A DNA stretch of 64,000 nt from Klebsormidium nitens (lineage: Eukaryota; Plantae; Klebsormidiophyceae): assembly GCA_000708835.1 (NCBI GenBank), contig DF237099.1:73554-137553 (forward strand). Reading direction: 5' to 3'. Of this stretch, positions 44,125 through 57,307 are shown in pieces (the stretch's first letter is position 1; the number at the start of each line of letters is the position of its first letter). Under the pieces are notes generated by a model, which made no database searches, had not been told where the DNA came from, and was given only the letters and a program-made list of their open reading frames with translations. The position numbers were made by a program, and so were the translations under genes.

Positions 44125-47100
44125 ATGGCTTCGTACGGAGGGGAGGACAAGAAGCGGAAGTTGGACGGCTCGGCTGCGGCCCCTTCGTCGCTGCGCCCTG
44201 AGGAGATCAAGGATCTGCTGACTGCGCTGAAACAAGAGCAGGTGGTGGACCTGCTCGTCAAAGCGTGAGTAGCTCCTGCTTCTCCTGGGTAAAGATTTTG
44301 AGCTGGACACGAGTTGCGCATGGCGGTTTATGCAGACTGGCCTGAATTGGATGCACCTCCCTCTTTTTCAGAACTTCCTGCTGAGATATTATTGGTGCTT
44401 GAGTTTCCATCTTATGGGTAATGGTTGCAGTTCTGCTCGATTGTTGCTTGGTATGATTTCTGTCGACTATTTCGAGCAAGTAGTTGGGTTGTTGGACAGT
44501 TTGATCATGGTAAGTTTTGCATTGCTGATTCGACCATAGATTGCACTTGCTTTCAAATCTGATGTTGGTGCTTGTTTCTGACCGCTGGGCCAAAAGGCCT
44601 TCACAAGTTACTGGATTCTTGTGTTGGAAGCAATTCAAGTCTTACTCATCCGGTGCATCAGCTTCTGTGCAGCCTTTGTGCAGTCAGTTTCTGCAGGAAG
44701 ATGGATGATTCAAAGGTTGTAAGTTGCAAGCAGGGTGTTCTGAAGGATTGGTAGCCGATCTGAGCATTTAGCGCTTTTGTAACCGGTCTTCACCACGGTA
44801 TCTGTTGAGGTCTGGTGCTTGAAATGTAGAGGTGTTTATGTAAGCAAGCTACCCGACTGCTCTGAGCCTGACACTGGAGTGTGCATCCTGGTCTTGGCTG
44901 GGTCTGCAGTTGTTCCGCTCATCCTGATGTTCTTGACGATGTGAGAGATGCTGCGAGCAAAGATCCTGCAACTCGAAAGCTCTTTGTGCGTGGCCTGCCT
45001 TGGGAGACGACCACCGAGGAGCTGACTGCTGTGAGTAGTTTTGTCTGAATCCTGCTACGATTGATCGCACTAGGCGCAGGCACCACAGAGATTAGTTGTT
45101 ATCCAGTTGGTAACTGATTTTCTGCTGAGGAGCGGATTGACCAGGTATGACACTTGGATAGAGTCGAAGGGATGCGCAGAGATTTGGCTGCAGGTTGTTG
45201 CTTCTTCAGCTCCTTTTGCAGCTTTGAAGCTAGTTGACTTACTCGGGACTTCCTCAATTGCCATCTGCCTCCATGTCTTCGAAGTTTTGCTTTACACACC
45301 TCTGCGTTGCTCATCATCTTGGTCTACTTTGTCGTCAGTCGTCAGAAACCAGCTGCGATCTTTTCATGCTGCTTCAGTGTTAAAAACGAAGGATGTCCTT
45401 CAATCAGTTAGGAATTTTACTAGGTTGTGAGCGTGCCACAGCGGCTGAACAAGGTAGAAGAAAATCTGCTTTCAAGCCTGCTTGAGGCTTGTGATATCGA
45501 GGCGAGTTTTCCAGCAGTGACACACCACTTGTGAAGCCACGAATTCTTCGAATCTGTAGGTCTGGTCATGGAGATTCTCACTGTCTTCCTTGTTTTCAGG
45601 CGTATGAAGAGTTCGGCGACATTGACGAAGCAGCCGTCATCGTGGACAAGATTTCTGGCAAGTCCAAGGGCTTTGGATTCGTCACCTTCAGGCACATCGA
45701 CTCTGCTCAGAAGGCCCTTCGGAACCCAAAGAAGCAAATCAGGGTATGTTTACACAAAGTTCTATTGAGCCTGCACCTTTGGCGGCCAGTTTGTTGGGCT
45801 TTGGAAAGTGTTACCCTGCTTCTGATTTCCCACAGGCCTTGGAACTGCTAATGCAGGTCCCCCCTGACAAAACTGTGGATGTTTTAGGACATTGAAAAGG
45901 AATTGCGTTTCCTCCTCAGCTCATCTCTACGTGCTCAACACAAGCGAAGGCTCTGTGCAATCGGTTTTGAAAAAGAGTTGGGAAGGAGCTCCGATGCCGG
46001 CACTTCAGGACACTTGTGACAATCACCCCCAGTCCATTTACGGGTTCTCTTACGTTTTCAGCTAGTGTTCGCTGGACCCGGTCTTCGATCAGTCTTCCTT
46101 GTCTTGTTCCATTTGCGCTGCAAAAGTGTCTGCCGAAGTACCACCATTGTTGCATCTTATTCAAGATTTCCAGCATGGGTTACCCAGGGTTTTGTCAGAG
46201 GTAGATGGATGTTGATGTCACTGGTGCTCGTCTGCAGGACCGCACCGTGCACGCCAATCTGGCGGCACTTGGCAGCAGCGCGACCCAACGGGACAACAAT
46301 GACGTGAGTCAGCGCAAGGTCTATGTCGGGGGGCTCAACTACGACACCACCAACGAGACGCTTCTTGAGGTCTTCGGCAAGTTTGGCGAGATTGAGGAGG
46401 GGTCCATTGCCACGGAGAGGACAACCGGCAAGTCTCGGTGAGAAAAAAGGGCTTTTGTTTTTGCTGACCGTGCGATACCGCGCTCTGTTGGAGCTTCAGA
46501 GTTCCTTTGTATCCTTATTTTTTATTTCAGTGTAGGCAAGAAGTCTGTATTGTTTATGTAGATCTGCTTCTGTTCTCGTGCTGAGGTTCCTGTTTTTCTT
46601 GTTGGATGTTGCATCAGGTCCGACAGTATCTGCCGTACTTGTAGCCGATTTTCCGCTTTGAGCCGGCTTGTGCCTCACGATGTTTTCTGACGACAAAATT
46701 TGATATTTGCAGCGGGTTCGCTTTCGTGACCTTCCGAACGGCCGAGGGCGCCCAGGCGGCTTGCGCAGAGCCAGTGAAGCACATTGACGTGAGTACTGTC
46801 TTCGAGATTCCCCGTTGACTAGGTTGCTCACCTTCCCAATACGTAACGAGGCTCGTCTCAGAGATTGTGCCTTGATTTGGTTGCTTTCACTTAGACGGAG
46901 TCTGCCCGTGGTAAAGTGGCAAGTGCACGCACTAGCACCAGTTGATGAAGAATTTCCGGTGTTTTTTGCCAGCTTTTTGATTGCGCGGCTCCGAACTGTA
47001 TTTCAGTCGATGTAACTGTCGCTGAGCAAAGGAGAAATACCCCGTCAACCTCTTGAGCCGTTCAAAACGAAGGCGATGCTGTGCAGCCTTAAGCAGCCAA

Positions 47101-47789
47101 AGGTCTGATTGAATGGTTTCTCTTTGCAGACACGCAACGTCCAGGTCAAGCTCGCTGCGGAGGGCCGGCAGCAGCGGCAGCAGGAGCAGACGAGCGCGAG
47201 CGGCCTCCAGAGCTACAGCAACAGCGGGATGGGCAACCAAGGGTACGGCGGGAACTTCATGGGGAACCGGCCCATGATGAACCAGCCTATGGGCCAAATG
47301 GGCTTCGCTTCCGCAGCACCGATCGGGCAGATGGCGGGTTACGCTAACCAGGGCGGGTTAAGCGGCGGGCAGTACGGGCAGATGGGCGCCGGGCAGGGGT
47401 TCGGAGCGGGGCAGCAGTTTGCGGCGCCGCTGGGGCAGATGGGGGGGATGCAAGGGGCGCTCCAACAGCCCGTGCAGTATGCTAACCAGGCAGGGTTTGC
47501 GGCCGTCCCTGCTAACGCCGGCACTCAGCAGTTTGCTCCGCAGCAGGGGGGACAGCAAGGGGGCCAGTTTACGGGGGCCCAGCAGGGCTTCGCTGCTCAA
47601 CAGCAGTTCCCCGCGCAGATGGGGGGCCAGGTAGGAGCAGTGCAACAGCCGCAGGGCCAGTTCACATCGCAAGCAGGTAATGGTCAGGTCGCGGGTGGCT
47701 TTTCGCAGCAGGCAGTGCCAGGGGGGCAAGCGGCGGGTATGGCTGGGGGCCTGCCCAACGCGATGTACAGCAACTTCCAAGGGCAGTAA
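44125..47789 (+). CDS. UBA2C: UBP1-associated protein 2C-like RNA-binding protein (2 RRMs plus Gln/Gly-rich tail), about 446 aa, 6 exons
   Basis: Exons 44125-44264, 44910-45030, 45600-45743, 46238-46437, 46713-46788, 47130-47789 (1341 nt). Motifs [37 protein letters not shown] and GKSRGFAFVTF; N-terminal KKRKL NLS-like motif. Confidence 0.85.
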
Positions 47790-48770
47790 TTTTAATCGGA
47801 AAGTGTGAAGGAAGATGAGAGCGGATTGAAATAGATTCCCTGCAAGTTTTGTGAGCGTCTCAGTATCTGAGATCCGGCATGCTGATCGCGTTTCTAACCT
47901 CGCTACTAAATGCACCCATTCTCAATGGTGACTTTTCAGAAAGGTTGCTCGCAACCATTTCTTACCTTCTTTGGATGTGGGCAGGTAATAACCACTGACA
48001 TGCGTGCAGCGCCGCGTCGTGCGCCTCTCTTCTGCGCATGCTGGGTAGAGTCTTGTCTTGTCTTGACACGTCTCTGTTGTCAATTTTGCATATGGTGTGG
48101 CCATGTCTTGTTCTCTTCCAGGAACGGTCACATCTGCATATCCACTGAGTGATTACAAGCATGCCATGGCTCATGATTGCAAGCCGGCTGCCATAGACAC
48201 ACATGTGCATTATCATGCGTGTTTACCGGGATATCATCATTTATGCTTGACCGCCTAGGTTGATCAGTGCGCAGCTATACCACATATGCCTACACAGCTG
48301 CGGCGGCCTTCAATATCATGCGATGATGCATCGAGAATATATGGCCCGCATATGACATGATAATGCGTGCATGCATCATGGTTTTGCAAAGAGCATGGCC
48401 GGCACTGACTTACATGCAGTATGCCAGTCGATCAGACATGTGAGCAGATTGCCTCATGACAACTAAAATTATGCTCGTGCGGTCACGATAAGTTGCATGT
48501 TTGACATAGAGACGCACTGGAGAGGCAGGTGCAAGCGCGCACCAACATGAGAATCTTACCTCGATTCAGTTGCGCGGCAAGAGGCAAGCGCATACCATTG
48601 CACACATGCCCAGCTTACGTGAAATTTACCATCTTTTGTCATTTTTGGAAAGCCGGCTTCTGATCCTGAGCAGTTGGCCGATGATGTCGTAACATTAGAA
48701 GGACCGTTTTGCTCGTTGTTTCTGTCATATTGGAAGATTCCAGAGGTATTGCAAAGGCATTTAGGAGGCA

Positions 48771-51700
48771 GCTGTGTAGAAGTAGTATCCCTGCACGCCT
48801 TCGAAGATCTCGAGAGCTTTGCCTGCAGAGATGGAGAAGAAGCGCAAGGTCAACCACAAGCAGGAGTGCACCGTGGCACGAGGCAAAGATGCTTCATGGC
48901 AGTCATGAAGTTAGGCGTGCAAAACAGATTCACTGGTGCGGTAGAAGGTAGCTCCTCAGGGTATGCGAAAGCAAATAATTACATCCCCGTATCGCCTTCA
49001 CAGCTTTGCCGGACCCCTTGGGAGTGTCTGACACGGTCTCAAACCAAAGTGCTTTGAGGTTCAAGACCCCCGTTGGGCAACGAAAAGCGCAGACTTTGGC
49101 CTCGATTTTGGCAGAAAAACACTGATTAGGTGCTCTGGGCAGGGACGCTCACTTGTCAGGGCGCCCAGCAAAGGCACCGGCCAAAGGACGCGCCCCACAG
49201 CTTCAGCGGGAGGCCTGCAAGCAGAACAGCGCTTAGAGTGACAGAGCTCTTTTAGGGACGGGCAACCAGACGGGCAATCAGATCGATGCGGAGGGCTGGG
49301 ACGGGGGAGGGGACAACCGGTCCGCTTCGATAACAGTTGGTCGACAATGACGATAAAGTGGAAGCAAGTACCAGTCCTTGCAGGCACGGAGTGAACAAAG
49401 ACGAGCGCTATCTATGCTGCAACTGACGAGCTCAGCGGTGCTTTTGAATCCATGATCCGCCATGCACAGCCTTCGCGGTCCTGCTTACAACCAACAAAAA
49501 AGAGTCGCAGATAAGAGAATTCATTAGAAGTCGAGCAGTGTGCGCTCAAAGTTCGTTCGTCGAAGATAGAAAGCATTCTTACTTGGTCACCATTTCGAAG
49601 ACGGGGCTCCGCATCAGGTACAGGAGAAGCAGGACCCGTCGCCTCGCCATCTGCAAACGTCCACGCAGATTTAGAACCAGGTAGAGATTTCCCCACCGGA
49701 AAGTACCGCTCAGAAACGCAATAAGGGTGACCATTCTTCTTTTTCAAATGCCAACCGACCATTGCCTAACGACGTTCAGATGCACCTGTCGACCTGTAAG
49801 GACCGCACCACCGCAACTGCACAGCAGATCGTCACTCTCTTTTCTTGCGTAGTCTCAAACCCGACAATCATAAATCTGCAGCAAAATGGTCCGGTACGCA
49901 GCTCCCAAATAATAACTTCCTTTCTCACCTCGCTCCTCTCCTGCTCCGTCAGCCCCCCCTCGCCCTCCTTCCCTTTTCCCCGCGCGTCTCGTTTCAGCAC
50001 CTCATCCCCCGCCGCAATCAGCGCCATGCTCGCCGCATCCACTCCCAGCGACAGCAGCCACGGCTTCCACTTCCTGGCACCCCACTTGCGCATCGCCAAT
50101 ACGTATACCAACGGCCGCATCGCGTATAGGACCTCGCCCGCCGTGAGACACGTCCGCGCGGCGCGCTCGGCCGCCGACATCTCCGGTTTTAGGCTTCCGG
50201 CGGAAAGTAAAGTCTCGTTGTTTTGCGCCGCTAGGGTTCGGGGGTCTATGCTTTCGACGTCGATGCTTTCGGACATAACGGTCGCGAGGAGCCGCGAGGG
50301 GGGGGGCAACTCCAGGTCCTCCGGACGGGGGGTGTCGTAGCGCTGCAGCTTTCCCCGACCCCGGACGTCCGTATTGATAACATACCGGTTCAGAAACGCG
50401 CCCCCCGAGCTGTTCTCGCGTTCAGACGTTGACGCCCCGTCGGTTTGAAACGGCACCTTTCCCGAAAGGCCCTGTTTAGAGGAGGGTTGCGACGATGGCC
50501 CCACGGAAGGGTCGTCGCGGCTGTGGACGGAGAGGGTTGACAGGGCCTCGGGGGAAGAGGAGGCGCCGTCTTCGGCCCACCAGGGGGGCTGGCGGTGTCC
50601 CATTTCGACTGCACAATAAGCATTTAACGATCTCAAAACACCTTTCTCGAGGACACCTGTTGCTCTAACTTCTCGGACTGCCGATAAAGTCGGAATCTTC
50701 CGTTCAGAGTCTGGCTTTTGCAGGATAAGTAGTGCGTCATCGAAACGATGAGGTGGTGAATCAAGACAGGTTCTACCATGCGATCACGAATACCATGCAA
50801 TCACGAACGGGTGCACTGAAAACGGATGCACTGAGAACGGATGCTTATTGACAGAGCATCATTTCAGAAGGAAAGCAACGTAAAGCATTGTTTGCTCTCA
50901 AACCCGAGTGCAATTACTTTTGCTCGGGTTTCAAAGTTAGCCTCCTACAAATGACGAAGGGAATGCGTGATGGGCCGAGTGGCTTCAAATCACGGCAACT
51001 CTGCACGAAGTATGAAACGGGGTCGTTCGCAAGATGAAGGCTTACGATCAGGCTCCCTATGCTTCCCGTGCGCCGCCGCCGCAGAATCGAGCTGCGGTGC
51101 TCGCGCCACGAGGTTTCGCTCCCTGAACTTGGCAAATGCGTGCAGGGCCATGCCGCCCTTGTCCCGGGGCTTCGACGGGGCCGCAAACTCATCTGCAACC
51201 ACGAGGGGCACGTGACCTGTCTTGCAATGAACTCCGTTCAAAGAGGGCGTAGCACCGGGTCGGACGTCAACGTAAGCACCCATCACCGTTTAGCAGTAGT
51301 CTGTGCTCGGTGATATAAACCTAGACACTTGTCTTGGGCGAGAGAAGAGCAGAGCGACTGCTCAACAGGTCACTCAGATGCGTCTAAATACGCCCTCTTA
51401 AAAGAGAAGAAGACTCTATTCCGATTGAAGATGTCAGGCTTCAGAAGACCGGGTCACGTGAGTCTCTTGCAAACAACGTGCTAAAGGAAACGCTGAGTAT
51501 TGGACGAAGGCTGTGCGTTAGCTTTGCTTTCCCAATCTGTCACGACGTGCTTGTTCGAAATAAAGCGTGCATTTGCCGGGAACGGCTGCGAACACGTCCG
51601 AACGTCGCCGGACGGTCAGCAGTACGTTTTGCCGTTGACGTCTCCCTTCCGAATTCAACTTTCTGCCGCCACATGCCCCACGCACACAGCATCAACAGGC

Positions 51701-53840
51701 CGGAAACAACAAACCAAATCAGCTCGTCGCAACTTCCTACCTTAAGGTTAAAGGTAAACCATGGATCAGGACCGTTTCAAATTGCAAGTGAAGGGCAAAA
51801 ATGTACCGCAATATCGATGATACAGCGCTCAGCCTTACCAGCGTAGGGGCTCGGTCCCATCGGACCAGCTTGGACAATGGCATCCGATGCGTCCAAAACC
51901 GGACGGTCGTTCTCTGTGGCCTCGGCGGCCGCAACGGCGGTGTTGGCAACGGCCTCTGCGGATTCGTTCGGCTCCTCCCCGCCGTCGATGAGCATGCGGC
52001 CCCCGGACTGGCGCAACAGGAGCAGCCGCAGGATAACCCTGAAGGAGGAGCGAGGCCGTTACGGAAAAATCAAGTGATAATTTCAATTTCCTCCGTATTT
52101 GCGGTTGCAAGGAAGAGAACTGCTCGAAAAGCACACTTCGGATAAGTGTGCATCAAGAGACTCTGCGTCTCAAAATGCAAGGGCCTACAGAGCGAAATGA
52201 TCTCACAGATACACAAAAAGGGCAGGGGGGAAACCGAAGTGCACTGACTCCAGGTGCGCTCGAGAACACTGTTGGTTCTCCAAACAAGCAGGATGCACAG
52301 TCAGCAGCAGATACTCAGCAATTACCTGTTGAGTGACCTTCACTGTCCACTGCCTGAGCTGTCCCCTGATTTACCCTCAAAACAAACAAAACATGCACTT
52401 CAAAAGTTCCAATGTTAGAAGGGGCTACTCACTTCAACCCTTCCACCAGGGCCACAATGCCCCACTTCTTCTCCGGCCCCCGGTACTCCTGCGCTGCAGT
52501 CTCCGCCAACACTTCCAACTGCCCCACAATCGCCAACAATACCGGCCACGGAAGGCTCTTGTGCGCAGCCACATGTCTCGGAATCGCGTCCGTCACGGGG
52601 GGGGGTCCGTGCAGTCCTGGCGGCGGGGGCCCTCTACCCCCCCGCCACGGTTGCGGATGGCCGTGGAAACCGCCAATCGGCCCTCTGTCCGGGAAAGCGC
52701 CGTGCGAGGGGGGAGGGGGAAGGGGCACCCGGGGCGCGTTGGGGATGTGGGAGGCGGGGTATGCTTGGACGATGTGCTCGTTAAGGAGCTGGAAGATGCC
52801 GAGAAGCGAGGAGACTGCAGAACATGGGGGGACCCGAAGAGTGTTAAGACTGACAAGGACACCCACCACCTTGAAGTAGGCCTGGATCGACTTAAACCGC
52901 AAGTATGACTGTTTTCATGCTTTGTTGGAGTAGATCAGGAGAAAGAACAGTGCTGCGTGCTGATGTTCCTAGGAGGGCACATGCTATTTTCAGGCCCGCT
53001 TCAGATTCAACTGCAGAATCCTTCTCTGAGGGACAGGAGATCTAGGTGTGCAAGACTTGCTGAACTCACCCTCAGTTAAGCTTCTAAATGGATTTTGATG
53101 TAGAAACTGGACACAAAGTACGTTGGCCGCCACTTCTAAGTCTTGCAGCAAATGGTTGGTCCGACTTTTTGGTAAGGATACAAGAGCTTCCCCTTTCTCA
53201 AGCAAGTCGTCTTGCCTATACTTCTTATCTTCCAATTGAGGAGTAGTGGAACTTTTGGGGCCAGAATCAACACTGTGGAAAACATATACAGTATGTATGC
53301 CTCACCTCCTTCCACTGCAAGTTCTGAGCTTGCAAACCGCTCTGGAAGGACCCATGTCAGGCCCTGAAAAACCGCCAAAGGATTACAGTTTCACTTCCTC
53401 CAGATGAATTAGGCACGCCCCAGCAAGACACGCTCCACGGAAATATCTCGATGTAAGATCAAGTGCATCAACCAACAGTGGTTGAAAGGGCCATATCATG
53501 AAGTCGAAAGAACGCTAGCTCCTCAAACGCGCAAGGGCGCATCACTGGGATCATCCATGTAAGACACCACTCCCTTCCAATACAGGATTATTTTCTAGCT
53601 TCCTTTGAAACTTCCAGCATCAACAGAGTGTAGGAGGCCAAAGAAGTGAGTTTCGTCCAGCTTGAAGAGCAACTCCATATCAAAAGGGGAATTGAGCAGA
53701 CCGATGTGGAACCTGTCATAACGCTCATCACAAGGAACAGGGGGCTTTGTGAAGCTCACTTGTGCAGCTGACTCAACCGATGTGAGCCATTGGTGATTCT
53801 GACGCACAAAAGTCTTGTACGCTTCCCACAAGGACGTCAT
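48771..53840 (-). CDS. PEX16: Peroxisomal membrane biogenesis protein PEX16 (SSE1-like), about 579 aa, 9 exons
   Basis: Exons 53840-53760, 53363-53306, 52814-52433, 52048-51839, 51192-51046, 50608-49929, 49650-49583, 49214-49153, 48822-48771 (1740 nt). Motifs EAYKTFVRQN, GLTWVLPERF, LLGIFQLLNEHI, GEVLYAMRPLVYVL, WKPWLLSLGVD, LYLMRSPVF and EGVQGYYFYTAAS. Confidence 0.92.
50774..50844. repeat. Two abutting short tandem duplications (17 bp x2, 15 bp x2.5) in a PEX16 intron
   Basis: taccatgc(g/a)atcacgaa x2, then cgg(g/a)tgcactga(a/g)aa x2 and cggatgc. Confidence 0.9.
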
Positions 53841-54674
53841 CGCAGAGGCCACCACCTTTCAGATAAGTTGATTCCAGGTCTGACTCCTCAAAGGGTATAG
53901 TCTGGCATGATCAAACAAATTATGAGCTGCTCTTAAGATCTCATCCGCCGCCGCTTTCAGTTTTATCTTGCAATGCCGCCGCAGTCACGTACTAAGGACC
54001 CTGGGGACTGTCCTGCAGTGGGGGTTCTACAATTCAGACCCTGGCCCTGGGATGTGGCAGCGCTTCTTCGCTCCGATTGTGTGCCCCCACCTTGCTGGGC
54101 CCCGTCTTCGTTCTTCCTGTCCTTGTCATCAAGTTCAGTTGCAATTCAGTAGATATAGCTGCCCGTTCTCCAAAATAAGCGGAATTTCTGAACGTACTTT
54201 CACGTATCGCTGCTTGAACCGAAATGTTTACCATGGAAATTCACATAAGAGCATTTCTGTGGCGCATAAGCGGACTTTCATGGTACAGAAAGCCACATGA
54301 TGTTCAGTGGTATTGACATTGTGCAGCCAGCTCAGCAATCTGAGCTGCTTCTGCTTCCAAAGTCCCATGCTCCTTTGCACTGCCAGAAAGGAGGAGTACA
54401 GGTCTGCATTCTGGTGGTGCACCTTGAACGAAGGCTTCCTTTCCATATTACCGTGGTATGTGCAGTACAAACCTCACCACCAACTTCCTGGCGAGAAGCA
54501 GAACGCTCTCGTTCTGGAAAGTCGTCAAGAGCTTGCCAGACTGTACAGACAAGACTTCTGGTTCAAATCAAACTTCAGTAGGGCTTTTGTGTTCCTGTCT
54601 CTGTCCCAAATGCATTCCTTTTTGCCAACGCTGCGTCACTTTTAAATTTTGAACCTATCTGCATCACTTCAAGA

Positions 54675-56514
54675 ATGGGAGACTCTGCGCCTGACGATAG
54701 GGAAGGTGCTGGCGGTGCAATGGAGGGCCAGGAGCAAGGAGGCCCCTCAGGCGCCGCCGCAAAGCATCCCGCTCTGGAGCACAAGCTTCCCCTTGCGCGA
54801 GTGAAACGGTTAATCAAAGCAGAGTCGGATGTAACGCAGTTGACAGCGGAAGCGGGGGCGCTTATAACAAAGGCCACGGTGAGCCCCTGTCATTGAGCTG
54901 CCCTCATCGAAGAGTGCAATAGGCCCTGTGTCAAAGGTCAAACTCCTGGAGTATGAGGACGGGGTTTGCGGTCGCTTGTGACAATCTACTGCATTTCTGA
55001 AACTCCAGAGTAGAGCAACAGGGGATGCTGCTTCCACCAGGGCAGTCGGAAGTCAAGCATGATGTTACGATCACTTAATGCATCCTCCAGGCCTTGGGCT
55101 CAAGCAAACACAGGGGGTGGTCTGCAATCCTTCATGTGACGCATTGAGATTCTATCTTCTGAACTGAGGTTGGATTGGAAACTCCTTATCTTTCACTGAT
55201 GGGGGGTAAAAAGAGAAACCGTGTTAGCTTTGAAGAATGTCAAAGAGAAACCCAGCTTTGGTGAGATTTCTTTGGCTTTTGCTGAAAGGAGGCTTAAAGA
55301 GACTTTCAGCTGATTGGGCTTCGACAGGAAACCAGTTGAGTGGCCTTCAAATGGTTCCTTACGATTGCGGTATAGTTGCCTCAATCAGTTGAAAGCATCT
55401 TGATTTGCACCCACAGAGAAAGTTTCATTTCTTCCTTTTCTGCCATGAGTTATTGAGAAGTTCTATAGGGATAGTTTTTGATGGTTTGCACTAGATTCAA
55501 GTACTTTTTCATCTGTTCATGTTGAAGGCTGCATCACGACCCGCTCATAAAGATCCGCTTGGTGGACTGGACTGTGCATTTAAGATCAGGGTTTCAAGAT
55601 CTTTGATGGGGTGCGTTTGGGATGGAATCAAGCAATTCACTACCATCCGTGAGTTAGTATCGGTTTTGCTCAATCAGAGTTGGCTCTTTTCTCAGGAACT
55701 GTTCTTAGAAAAGTTGGCGACGCAAGCGGCGCGCCACATGGTTGACGACAGCCGGGTGACCCTCCGGTACAAGGACGTGTGTAAGTGGACACGTGTAACT
55801 ACAAGTTGTGCGATGTCAAGCACGCACTCAACCAATGGATGCGACAGATTCCTGTTGTTTCCCGCGTTTGAAGCCACTTTCCTTAAAGCGCTTGCCGCTT
55901 GATCATATAAGCTGGGGTTTTCAAACCTTTTTCCATGAGGATAGAAAAGTTAAGTTGAGGCATCTTTCCTGTCATGAGGATTGCAAGAGAGGTCCGTTTT
56001 GGCTTTTTGCTCGAAGCTTTTTCCTGGTGATGAACATTCTAGATTTGTCAAAGTGTTCTACACAGCGAAGACTTCGTTATATTACAAACAGAGAAAGCCT
56101 GCTTTGCTGACTCTCATTTCCTCTTCCACAGCTACTACCGTAAAAGAAGAAGACTCTCTAGAGTTTCTCCGAGGTAAAGACCCCTTGCGACCCACCAGTC
56201 TCGACAGCATCTGCTCTTCTCTGTATGTAGAGTTGCGTCAAGAGAAGCTTCAAATGTCAGCACATGTTTAAAGCGGAAGCTGCGTTGCACAGCAGGTTCT
56301 GATCAGGCTCTATGCTTACCAATTGCAAGCATGGATGAACATACAGGGCTTCCAAATCGTCTAATGAGTCTGTCCGTTTTGAGCAGATATCACCCCTGAG
56401 CCACTCACCGCTATCCAGCTAGCAGAGGGCCCAGAGAACGGAGAAATAGACGAGGAGAGCACGGACGAAGACGATGACGAGCTTGCGGAAAACGAGAATG
56501 ACGAACGGACTTGA
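54675..56514 (+). CDS. H2A-like histone-fold protein (DPB3/POLE4 or CHRAC1/NF-YC-like) with acidic tail, 152 aa, 4 exons
   Basis: Exons 54675-54878, 55696-55780, 56132-56173, 56387-56514 (459 nt). Reads LPLARVKRLIKAESDV..EAGALITKATELFLEKLA..TLRYKDVSTTVKEEDSLEFLRD; DEESTDEDDDE tail. Confidence 0.88.
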
Positions 56515-57307
56515 GACGAAAGATGTGTTGATGATATAAATGATTGTGTCGGTGGTCCCCGCTGGTTTCTGTCGTGATCTAAGCAACGTCTTGTTTGTAC
56601 TTTCGTAACTGCGTCGGCTCTCTTACCAACTTCTCGTCAAGAATTTTTCGGTCGAGTTGCAATGCACATTTCGGTTTTGGGCGCTAAACTTAATTACCGG
56701 TCAGTCTCACTTTGTGTGCCTCGCAAATCCAAGCTTAAGCTAGCAGCCAGTGCCGCCGGCATCTAATACACGAAGGCCAACGAGATGTGATTAACATGCA
56801 ATCATGGGACTTAAGGGGCTCTCATATGTATCTGTACGTACCATGCCGACGTGTGTGTCACATATGCATGAACTCAAATCTCTAGCACGGACTCGATGCT
56901 GTATAGAGTGATAGCCATGCCGAGAAAAAGCTGCACATGCATATATATATGTCGCCTCCTTCATGGTCCGCATGCCAGCTGGCCATAACTATTTAAAGAT
57001 GCAAACGCAACTTAAGTACATGCTGAACCAACGGCTATATTGATCTTGACTTATACCGTCCTAGATAGTGCGAGCTGCATTAAAGTTCTGGACTTACTAT
57101 GATGATACAAAAATGAAGAGCTTTGGCAACCTGTTCTTTCGTTTCCCCATGACACAGATATTTGGCTTTAGCTGTCATTCCTCGTAGTAGACACCGCTCA
57201 TGCAGGCACATTCTTTGTTGACCTGCGGGCCCACTGTTTTCCAGGATAAGTGTGGGCTTTTAAAGACGCTCGCGCTTACTTCCTTTCCTCTCCGCAGCTG
57301 ATCCAGC

